Source of the DNA: Archaeoglobus fulgidus DSM 4304 | GTDB lineage: Archaea; Halobacteriota; Archaeoglobi; Archaeoglobales; Archaeoglobaceae | Direction: 5' to 3' | Length of the DNA stretch: 32,000 nucleotides | NCBI RefSeq assembly: GCF_000008665.1 | Contig: NC_000917.1 | Location: forward strand, 960,001-992,000 | Shown here: in pieces, positions 18,716 to 27,323 of the stretch | Numbering within the stretch: the stretch's first letter is position 1 | Layout of the letters: each line of letters begins with the position of its first letter | Program-made: the position numbers and the translations under genes | The notes under the pieces: generated by a model | Database searches by the model: none | Seen by the model: only the letters and a program-made list of their open reading frames with translations | What the model was told of the DNA's origin: nothing

Positions 18716-18881
18716 CGAATTTCACGTAATCGTCCTCGTTAATCTCCTCATCCACAAACTGCTTTTCATCAGCTTCCGGTTCATCCGGTGGAATTGTGCT
18801 AAGAATGACCTCTTTCAGGATGCTCGGCAGTTCCTCCCTCAGAACCTCTCGGACTGCCTGTTTTATTACCTGAATGTCCAT
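18708..18881 (-). CDS. acidic antitoxin partner (57 aa) of the RelE-like gene
   Basis: MDIQVIKQAVREVLREELPSILKEVILSTIPPDEPEADEKQFVDEEINEDDYVKFDE*. Its stop overlaps the toxin start (ATGAATGA). Similar in style to the 17510..17698 antitoxin. Below the ORF-track cut-off. Confidence 0.55.
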
Positions 18882-18990
18882 GTTTTAATTTCAGAATAAA
18901 AAATTTTAAGTCTTTCGTCTCATCAGCGATCTCGTCTAAGGTTCAACAACGAATTAATCCTCCCTCTAAATAGCTGGAAGGTTGCAATCA

Positions 18991-19455
18991 ATTATAGCTC
19001 AACAACCTCCAGAAAGTCAACCCTCCTGAAATCCTCATCGAAGGTGGCTATCTTTTTGATACCGAAATGCTTGCAGGTTGCAGCTATTAAAGCGTCGTTG
19101 GGTAGGAGTCCAAATTCAAAGGCTAACTCAACTGAGGACTCCAGGATATCTCGTTATGAATCAGAAGAGCGATAATCTCCGAGTTCAGGCTATCAAGTAT
19201 AAATTCGGTCATGTACTCTCTAACAGTCCCGTACTTTTATTTTTCCTTTCTGAATTTGTCCTTTAGGGCGTATTTTCCGGTTTTACCGAATATTCTTTCG
19301 GTCTCCATATACAGAAGTTTGAAGAAAGTCTCCTCGATTACGTTCGGGCTTGTTATCGCCTCCTCCTCGTTTAGAGCGTAATCTAATATTCTCACGGCTT
19401 TATTCGAACCGTAGTAGTGCCTGATGAAAACAGAGGTATCAATAAAGATTCTCAT
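18991..19455 (-). pseudogene. vapC: PIN-domain VapC toxin gene with an in-frame TAA and a frameshift
   Basis: [15 protein letters not shown]...KDKFRKEK* (TAA 19237..19239) then in frame KYGTVREYMTEFILDSLNSEIIALLIHNEISWSPQLS* (19123..19125). The conserved end [51 protein letters not shown] is in another frame, open from 19153. Confidence 0.7.
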
Positions 19456-19630
19456 CCTCAAATCTCCTTTCAAGTTCTCTGATTTTCTCCTCAGGTAATT
19501 TTGCCATTATAAACTTCTCGACATCGATTTTTTTCAGTAATATTCTTATCTTCTCCCCTTCCTTCAAATCCACCTTCTGCAAAGGCTTGAAGACTCCGTT
19601 CTCGTAAATTGCCTCGATTATCTTGGGCAT
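19439..19630 (-). CDS. vapB: DUF104-family VapB-type antitoxin
   Basis: [34 protein letters not shown]... Overlaps the PIN start by 17 nt. Confidence 0.8.
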   Translation of the reverse strand: MPKIIEAIYENGVFKPLQKVDLKEGEKIRILLKKIDVEKFIMAKLPEEKIRELERRFEDENLY

Positions 19631-19721
19631 GTTAATAACAGGCTTGGGGAATAGAAAATGGTTGCGCTGTTGAGATTTTATCTGGACTTCTCTAAGTATG
19701 GCTCACTACTCTGGCTGATCC

Positions 19722-20378
<657 letters not shown>

Positions 20379-20416
20379 TTAGGTTTGCAATTTTTGGATT
20401 ATAGAATTAACTAAGA

Positions 20417-20680
20417 CTAGCCTCTCTCCAATCTCTCGTAGATTTTCTTTCTGTGACCGACTGCAAGCAGGTAGACAGTATTTCCTCCACCATGTAAACA
20501 ACCCTGTAATTTCCCACAACTAACGAGTATTTGCCTTTCAGCTTCCCCGTGAAGAGGTTTTCCTCTGAAGGGCTCTTCTGCGAGTTCGAGTATCTTTTCT
20601 ACCAATTTTTCCTGTACGTGCTTCGGAAGCCTCTTAAAGAGTTTCTCGAATTTTTGAGTTGCTACAATTTAAAAGCTCAT
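20417..20680 (-). pseudogene. relE: RelE/ParE-family toxin gene with a nonsense codon and two compensating frameshifts
   Basis: MSF*IVATQKFEKLFKRLPKHVQEKLVEKILELAEEPFRGKPLHG (TAA 20669..20671). The canonical core KLKGKYSLVVGNYRVVYMVEE is in a second frame. The reading then returns to the first frame for NTVYLLAVGHRKKIYERLERG*. The shifts are at a G4 run (20545..20548) and near 20482. Confidence 0.65.
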
Positions 20681-20874
20681 GGCAGCTCTTTCAGAATCTC
20701 CTTGAAGTTTCTGGTTTTTCCTTGCCTTATCTCATTCTCCGACTTGAAAATAGCCTCCATCAGCTCCTTATCCGCCATAATGTCAAGTGTTTCTAGAATC
20801 TCTTCCAGTAAATTTCTTGTTTGAACTAAAACTTTTATTACCTCCTCATCGAAGAGAGGTGTTATTTCGTTCAT
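20677..20874 (-). CDS. antitoxin partner of the decayed RelE-like gene
   Basis: 65 aa: ...LMEAIFKSENEIRQGKTRNFKEILKELP. ATGA overlap with the toxin start. AAAATTATATATT box and a GTGTA..TACAC inverted repeat lie upstream. Confidence 0.6.
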   Translation of the reverse strand: MNEITPLFDEEVIKVLVQTRNLLEEILETLDIMADKELMEAIFKSENEIRQGKTRNFKEILKELP

Positions 20875-21025
20875 ATTTCTTCTTTTCTGGCGAGGTCAAT
20901 ATATAATTTTGTGTACAGTATTACACGAGGTTTCGTTAAACTTGTGAATGATGAAAAGAAGAAAGGGGGGTCTCATTGTTGGGTGTTTTGTTTGCTTCAC
21001 TTCGAATCTGCGTCCCACTCTGACC

Positions 21026-21451
21026 TTATTGCAACCTTCTCTTAACCTCTTCAAACTCTTCCAGCAAATAGTAAGCTTCAATACCCGCTTTTTTGGCATT
21101 CTCAGCCATAATTCGGTCGTTGGTTATCAAAATTGAGTTTGTGAGCTTTGCTGTGGCGATGAAGTAAGCGTCGATTGCTCTGCTTCCAGTTTTTAGGGCA
21201 ACTTCGAATGCAATTTCGTCAGGATTCTCAATCAGTGCAACATCCTCTAAAATTTCAGAAATTATTTTCTCAACAATCTCAGAATGGAATCTTCTTGAAA
21301 GAATGCAGGTCATCTCAACTTTAAAGACCTTAGGATTTAAAATTCTCCCTTTAATTTCGCTTAAAACCTTTTCTGCCGCACTTGTTCTGTTCTCATCGAA
21401 TTCAAAAATAAAATCGGCGAAAATTGATGTATCAACTGTATATCTCATCAT
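21026..21451 (-). CDS. vapC: PIN-domain VapC toxin (intact; second sequence class)
   Basis: 141 aa: [11 protein letters not shown]...[54 protein letters not shown] overlap with vapB. Confidence 0.85.
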   Translation of the reverse strand: MMRYTVDTSIFADFIFEFDENRTSAAEKVLSEIKGRILNPKVFKVEMTCILSRRFHSEIVEKIISEILEDVALIENPDEIAFEVALKTGSRAIDAYFIATAKLTNSILITNDRIMAENAKKAGIEAYYLLEEFEEVKRRLQ

Positions 21452-21627
21452 CTCCTCTCCGAAATGAATTCTGCAACTATGTCCGAATCCACTTTCACTC
21501 TGTATTTTCTAAGTCTTTCAACAAGATTTCCGGCTATAATTTTCACTTTCTCCCCCTCTCTCAGATCAACTTTCTGCAAAGGCTTGAAGACTCCGTTTTC
21601 GTAAACAGCTTCGATGATTTTTGGCAT
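21448..21627 (-). CDS. vapB: DUF104-family VapB-type antitoxin
   Basis: [34 protein letters not shown]... The track ORF extends 24 codons upstream through the promoter box and was trimmed to the conserved ATG. Confidence 0.8.
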   Translation of the reverse strand: MPKIIEAVYENGVFKPLQKVDLREGEKVKIIAGNLVERLRKYRVKVDSDIVAEFISERR

Positions 21628-21643
21628 GTCTGTAATTTTTCTT

Positions 21644-21663
21644 GGAAGAAGAAAAGGGTTTCG
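21644..21663 (-). promoter_or_regulatory. conserved BRE/TATA-like box (consensus copy)
   Basis: Coding strand reads CGAAACCCTTTTCTTCTTCC, 16 nt upstream of ATG 21627. It abuts the stop of the upstream vapC (21671). Confidence 0.5.
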
Positions 21664-21670
21664 TTGGAAG

Positions 21671-22090
21671 TTAGAGTTCAACAACCTCCAGAAACTCAAC
21701 CCTCCTGAAATCCTCGTCGAAAGTGGCTATCTTGTTGATGCCGTAATGTTTGCATGTGGCGGCGATTAGGGCGTCGTTAGGCAGAAGTTTGTATTTTTTA
21801 ATAAACTTCGTCAAACCGACACCAAAGTTGCAAGGAAGCAGCTCGAAGAGGCCAAAAAGCTCCTCCACCGGTTTGAGATCCATATCTATTGTTAAAATTT
21901 TCTTCCTCAGCTCGTAAGGTTTTAAACCGGAGGTTGCACGGAGATAACCGTAGATTACTTCAGATACGACTATGTCATTTACGATTCCCTCAAAGGTGCC
22001 GTCCTCAACCCTTTCAAGAAGTTCTGTAGCTTCATCTTTCGTGTCGGCTAAGTGGTGCAGGAAAACGTTTGAGTCAAAGAAAACCCTCAC
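21671..22090 (-). CDS. vapC: PIN-domain VapC toxin (intact)
   Basis: 139 aa: [14 protein letters not shown]...VSEVIYGYL...[38 protein letters not shown]. Confidence 0.85.
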   Translation of the reverse strand: MRVFFDSNVFLHHLADTKDEATELLERVEDGTFEGIVNDIVVSEVIYGYLRATSGLKPYELRKKILTIDMDLKPVEELFGLFELLPCNFGVGLTKFIKKYKLLPNDALIAATCKHYGINKIATFDEDFRRVEFLEVVEL

Positions 22091-22259
22091 TTTCGATCTC
22101 CTCGATTATCTCTTCCATTTCGCAACCTTTCAGCAACCCTCTCGTTTTTGCTACGACTTCACTCACAACAACCCTCACTCTCTCCCCCTCCTTTAAATCC
22201 ACCTTCTGCAAGGGTTTGAAGACGCCATTCTCGTAGATGGCTTCGATGATTTTTGGCAT
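22074..22259 (-). CDS. vapB: DUF104-family VapB-type antitoxin
   Basis: [34 protein letters not shown]... Overlaps vapC by 17 nt. Confidence 0.8.
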   Translation of the reverse strand: MPKIIEAIYENGVFKPLQKVDLKEGERVRVVVSEVVAKTRGLLKGCEMEEIIEEIESEGFL

Positions 22260-22275
22260 GTTAATGATTTGTCTT

Positions 22276-22295
22276 GGAAGAAGAAAAGGGTTTCG
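22276..22295 (-). promoter_or_regulatory. conserved BRE/TATA-like box (consensus copy)
   Basis: CGAAACCCTTTTCTTCTTCC, 16 nt upstream of ATG 22259. Confidence 0.5.
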
Positions 22296-22317
22296 GAAAC
22301 ATTGAGCTTATTCTCAG

Positions 22318-22575
22318 TCATTTGTAAGCGTGGTTGTGGTGTTTGAAGGTCACGAATTTAACCGTATCCTCTTCCACTTTGAAGATAATTACGAATTTCC
22401 CAACGTGTGCCCTTCTCAATCCTTTCATCTGCCCCCTTAAAGGTTTATAGTGTTCAGGTTGTTTGATAATCTCTTCAACTTTTGATTGAAGCCTTTTTAG
22501 AAGCTCTGGGTCTTTTTCCTTTAACTTTTTGGCTATTTTCAGGAATTCTTCAGAAAACTGTGCTTTGTAGTTCAT
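22318..22575 (-). CDS. relE: RelE/ParE-superfamily toxin (intact)
   Basis: 85 aa: ...QPEHYKPLRGQMKGLRRAHVGKFVIIFKVEEDTVKFVTFKHHNHAYK. ATGA overlap with the upstream antitoxin. Confidence 0.7.
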   Translation of the reverse strand: MNYKAQFSEEFLKIAKKLKEKDPELLKRLQSKVEEIIKQPEHYKPLRGQMKGLRRAHVGKFVIIFKVEEDTVKFVTFKHHNHAYK

Positions 22576-22790
22576 ATATCCTCAAAGAGTTTTTTGACTT
22601 CCTCCAAATTGCTGCAAACTTTACTTCTACCCTGCTCAAGATCTGAAAGTCCTCTCTGTATGCTATCTATAAATTCAGCGTCAGAAAAAATCAGAATCTC
22701 ATCTTTAAGTTCTTCCAGCTCTCCCCTTCTTTTTTCAAGCTGTCTGATAAAGTTTTCAATATCCTCAATTATATCCAGCAACACCTTCAC
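22572..22790 (-). CDS. antitoxin partner of the RelE/ParE-like toxin
   Basis: 72 aa with a GTG start: ...SDAEFIDSIQRGLSDLEQGRSKVCSNLEEVKKLFEDI (RelB/ParD-like C-terminal pattern). CCTTATATTTAC box 25-30 nt upstream. Confidence 0.6.
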   Translation of the reverse strand: MKVLLDIIEDIENFIRQLEKRRGELEELKDEILIFSDAEFIDSIQRGLSDLEQGRSKVCSNLEEVKKLFEDI

Positions 22791-22941
22791 AATCTAATTT
22801 TGTTGAATCGTAAATATAAGGTTTTAGACTCCTTGATTATGCATGTAGATTTCACCCAGCCTTAGATATCAAAGATGAAAAAGGCGGAGATGTCAGAGGA
22901 GATATCTGCAAAAACCTATCAAACTCCACAAACTCTTTCTC

Positions 22942-22961
22942 GGAAGAAGAAAAGGGTTTCG
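22942..22961 (-). promoter_or_regulatory. orphan copy of the conserved BRE/TATA-like box with no antitoxin ORF behind it
   Basis: A perfect CGAAACCCTTTTCTTCTTCC, but the sequence 16 nt downstream has no ATG or MPKII frame. Confidence 0.45.
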
Positions 22962-23007
22962 TTGGTCGGTATTTTGTCTGGACTGCTTCAATTCGAATCT
23001 GCGTTCG

Positions 23008-23097
23008 CTACTCCAACCCACTACTGCAGGCTCGTCTTCGCCTGTTTTCGTTGTCTAAGAATAAATCGAGCCAGACTGACGTATCTACGACAATCAT
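23008..23097 (-). pseudogene. vapC: VapC (second class) remnant: about 22 N-terminal codons fused to the last codons and 3' flank of the gene (internal deletion)
   Basis: [22 protein letters not shown]... runs directly into CTGCAGTAG. The same 3' flank (..GCAGATTCGAA..) follows the class-2 vapC stop at 21026. Confidence 0.55.
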
Positions 23098-23282
23098 CTT
23101 CTCTCTTCCAAGAATTTCTCGATGTCCTTTTCTGTAAGTTTAAACTTTCCTTGATATTTTTTTATCACATCCAATATTCCTTCTTCTATTCTTAGCTTAA
23201 TCCTCTCCCCCTCCTTCAAATCCACCTTCTGCAAAGGCTTGAAGACTCCGTTCTCGTAAATTGCCTCGATGATTTTTGGCAT
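23094..23282 (-). CDS. vapB: DUF104-family VapB-type antitoxin
   Basis: [35 protein letters not shown]... ATGA overlap with the vapC remnant. Confidence 0.8.
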   Translation of the reverse strand: MPKIIEAIYENGVFKPLQKVDLKEGERIKLRIEEGILDVIKKYQGKFKLTEKDIEKFLEERR

Positions 23283-23298
23283 GTTTGTGATTTGTCTT

Positions 23299-23318
23299 GG
23301 AAGAAGAAAAGGGTTTCG
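23299..23318 (-). promoter_or_regulatory. conserved BRE/TATA-like box (consensus copy)
   Basis: CGAAACCCTTTTCTTCTTCC, 16 nt upstream of ATG 23282. Confidence 0.5.
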
Positions 23319-23575
23319 CTGATAGAGTTGCTCCTCAACTCGTCAAGAAGAATCAATAATCAATAAATCCCAGCTACAGCATGAAGTCTGATAGAATCGA
23401 GAAAGTTAGAGATCATGGGCAAAGTACTGAGATTAAAGGTATTGGAATAGCAGCTTCATCCAAACTTCTTCGACGAGGAGAACGGCCTTTCTGAATTTCA
23501 TTTTGAATTCATCCTGTCTCTACGATGCCATTCACGAATGGCAAAGAAAGAAAACCCGTTCCCACTGAAAGCTGA

Positions 23576-23770
23576 TTGACGATACTGTTCTCAAAGATGT
23601 CCTCAAAGCGAACAGGATCATTTTACACTGAAATCGCCAAAGAAGTCCTGAAATGCTGCGGGAAAAAATACATCATCGATAAAGCGCCTTGGTTTAGATT
23701 CCTTGGTTTAGAATACGAACATCAGACCATCCGAAGAAATTCTTTCATTGCTAAAAATAAAAATTGTTAA
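23576..23770 (+). mobile_element. possible C-terminal remnant of an archaeal transposase gene (very degraded)
   Basis: KYIIDKAPWFRFLGLEYEHQTIRRNSFIAK loosely resembles the (D)GxxWYxxALxxLGLxxxHxTxGxRNxIE pattern of some archaeal IS transposases. There is no intact upstream catalytic region. It lies at the right edge of the TA island. Confidence 0.3.
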
Positions 23771-23794
23771 TAAATATTAGATTTAACCGACTAA

Positions 23795-24220
23795 TTAACC
23801 TCCTACAGTAACGTGGGTCATTAATATTGGTTTGTTAGTTTGGATATCAACTAACGTAAGTTCTACGTATTGACCACCGTATCCTGATAGTGTAATTGTC
23901 TCGGTCTCGCCGACCTTAAGTAAATTATCGCTGCAACCTCCACTGCTGCCTAGAGCATTTGATTCTTCTTTTCCATTCACCAGTACTTTAATACTTGTAC
24001 AATTTATTGGATCTCCACCCATGTGTTTTAGTTCCACTGTATCAGCACTACTACCAGTTCTTACTTGTAATTGAGCGCTTGGCGGAGCTGCAGGTGCCAC
24101 ATTCGACATCCCAAACACAAAGCTCGCAATCACTGCCGCCAGTATGACGGTGATGGCCACCATCAGTATCACGCCAATCACTGGCGACACACCTTTCTCA
24201 TCCATCTTTCTCCTTACCAT
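23795..24220 (-). CDS. archaeal type IV pilin-like protein (DUF1628-type N-terminus, class III signal peptide)
   Basis: MVRRKMDEKG/VSPVIGVILMVAITVILAAVIASFVFG is the canonical archaeal pilin N-terminus. The C-terminal domain is beta-rich with two Cys and an NCT sequon. The gene is visibly AT-rich relative to its neighbours. Confidence 0.75.
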   Translation of the reverse strand: MVRRKMDEKGVSPVIGVILMVAITVILAAVIASFVFGMSNVAPAAPPSAQLQVRTGSSADTVELKHMGGDPINCTSIKVLVNGKEESNALGSSGGCSDNLLKVGETETITLSGYGGQYVELTLVDIQTNKPILMTHVTVGG

Positions 24221-24280
24221 CTAACCACCTCCCTAACCGGGGTTAAACCCCATTAGCATTATCATTATTACCATAACTGG

Positions 24281-24295
24281 TATATAACCCTTTCG
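24281..24295 (-). promoter_or_regulatory. BRE + TATA promoter of the pilin-like gene
   Basis: Minus strand reads CGAAAGGGTTATATACC. TATA is about 61 nt upstream of ATG 24220. The leader contains a GGGGTT-t-AACCCC hairpin and a GGGAGGTGG Shine-Dalgarno. Confidence 0.5.
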
Positions 24296-24353
24296 ATTTG
24301 GCAGGTAAAAGAGTGAAAAATTTTCACCGGTTATGATGGTCACACAGTGTGAG

Positions 24354-25700
24354 CTATCTCCTCCCGAAGTCGTCCTCGAATCGCTCTATGTCGTCCTCTT
24401 CCAGATACTCCCCGATCTGTATCTCTATGATTTCGAGGGGGATTTTTCCGGGATTCTCGATTCTGTGAATCGCTCCTGCGGGAACGAAGGTGCTCTCCCC
24501 GCTCCTCAGAAGAATTTCATTTCCATCAACTACAATTCTGGCTGTGCCCTTAACCACCACCCAGTGCTCGCTCCTGTGGTAGTGGCGCTGGAGGCTCAGC
24601 CTTTTCTTCGGCTTTACCGTTATCCTTTTTATCTTGTAGCTCTTGTTCTCCTCAAGGACCGTGTAGCTTCCCCAGGGCCTGTGGGCCGTTCTGTGAACCT
24701 CAACGGCCTTGTCCCCCTTCTCGGCGAGCAGCCTGTAAACCTCCCTGACCTTCTCAGCCTCCCCCCTTCTCGCAACTAGCAGAGCGTCGTCGGTGTCGAT
24801 GACAATCAAATCCCTCAGGCCTATCAGGGCTGTGAGGCGCTGCGTAATAACGAGGTTGTTCTCCGAGTCGACCGGAATGCAACTCTCGCTCTTGATAGCG
24901 TTCCCCCTCTCATCCTTCTCCATGACCTCATAAATCGAATCGAAGTTGCCGAGGTCGCTCCAGAAGGTTTTGATTGGAACCACTGCAACCCTTCCCGACT
25001 TCTCGAGTATGGCGTAGTCGAATGAGGCTTCTGGAATTTGCTTGTAAGCTTCTTCACCCTCCTCAAGCACCTTTGCGAACTCGGGGGCGAGCTCCTTCAA
25101 CTCTTCAACGAATACTTTGGAGTCAAAGACGAACATGCCGCTGTTCCATAGGTATCCCTTGGAGACGTACTCCTCGGCCAGCTCCCTGGAAGGCTTCTCC
25201 TTGAACTGCTCAACCTCGAAACCGCCCTCCAGCTCTTTTCCCGGCTTGATGTAGCCGTAGCCCGTGTGAGGGCGGGTTGGGGTTATCCCGAAGGTCACGA
25301 TGTAGTTTTCAGAAAGCTTCTCTGCAGACCTGAAGGCATTCAGGTACTCCTCATCCGCTTTAATAAGATGGTCGGATGGTAAGACGGCAAACTTCCCCTC
25401 TCCAGCCGCCTTGACGCCAAGACAGATTGCGGGCAAGGTGTTCTTCGCTTCCGGCTCCAGAATGATGTTCTCCTCCGGAATTGAAATTCCGATCTCCTCT
25501 AAGTCGTCGAGAACTCTGAAGCGGTACTCCTTGTTTGTAATCACGTAGATTTCGTCGGGGGAGGACAGATAAAGAGCCCTCTTTACGGTTTTCTGGAATA
25601 GTGACTCCGAGAAGAGCTTGATGAACTGCTTCGGCATGAGCTCCCTGCTTAAAGGCCAGAGCCTCGTCCCCTTTCCGCCTGCGAGTATCAGAGTTTTCAT
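24354..25700 (-). CDS. manC: bifunctional mannose-1-phosphate guanylyltransferase / mannose-6-phosphate isomerase (type II PMI-GMP)
   Basis: MKTLILAGGKGTRLWPLSR nucleotidyltransferase N-terminus. C-terminal cupin RPWGSYTVLEE...KRITVKPKKRLSLQRHYHRSEHWVVVKGTA. Confidence 0.9.
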   Translation of the reverse strand: MKTLILAGGKGTRLWPLSRELMPKQFIKLFSESLFQKTVKRALYLSSPDEIYVITNKEYRFRVLDDLEEIGISIPEENIILEPEAKNTLPAICLGVKAAGEGKFAVLPSDHLIKADEEYLNAFRSAEKLSENYIVTFGITPTRPHTGYGYIKPGKELEGGFEVEQFKEKPSRELAEEYVSKGYLWNSGMFVFDSKVFVEELKELAPEFAKVLEEGEEAYKQIPEASFDYAILEKSGRVAVVPIKTFWSDLGNFDSIYEVMEKDERGNAIKSESCIPVDSENNLVITQRLTALIGLRDLIVIDTDDALLVARRGEAEKVREVYRLLAEKGDKAVEVHRTAHRPWGSYTVLEENKSYKIKRITVKPKKRLSLQRHYHRSEHWVVVKGTARIVVDGNEILLRSGESTFVPAGAIHRIENPGKIPLEIIEIQIGEYLEEDDIERFEDDFGRR

Positions 25701-25737
25701 ATCCTGAAATCAGTGAAATTAATAAAATACTTTCTGA

Positions 25738-25809
25738 CGCCCCCGCCGGGAATCGAACCCGGGTCTGTGGCTCCGAAGGCCACCAGGATGTCCCCTACCC
25801 CACGGGGGC
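25738..25809 (-). tRNA. tRNA-Arg (anticodon TCG)
   Basis: Hand fold. Acceptor GCCCCCG/CGGGGGC. Anticodon stem GTGGC/GCCAC with loop CTTCGGA (TCG). T arm CCGGG-TTCGATT-CCCGG. Discriminator G. TTTTTTAATT box about 24 nt upstream. Confidence 0.9.
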
Positions 25810-25840
25810 AGAAAAAAGGTTGGTAACAAATTAAAAAAGG

Positions 25841-27201
<1,361 letters not shown>

Positions 27202-27265
27202 GAAGTTACTCCGCACAGCCCTTAAAATAGTAGCGGTTTTTACCGGAGCACCATAGCCGCAAAGG

Positions 27266-27272
27266 TTTATAA
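27266..27272 (+). promoter_or_regulatory. candidate TATA box for cdhA
   Basis: gcaaaggTTTATAAgg is about 52 nt upstream of ATG 27324. GGTGGTGA Shine-Dalgarno 5 nt before the ATG. Confidence 0.4.
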
Positions 27273-27323
27273 GGTATAAGTCGTAATTATGTTTTAATTG
27301 TTGGTTAGTTGGTGGTGAGTGAA

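Noticed and set aside
20896-21136. ORFs 20896..21099 (-) and 20948..21136 (+) between the relB-like gene and vapC.
   Set aside because: They span the inter-module spacer, a degenerate promoter box and the 3' end of vapC. The region is homologous to non-coding spacers after other class-2 vapC copies.
22875-23195. 106-aa + strand ORF.
   Set aside because: It runs antisense through the orphan promoter box, the vapC remnant and the 3' end of vapB, with no independent support.
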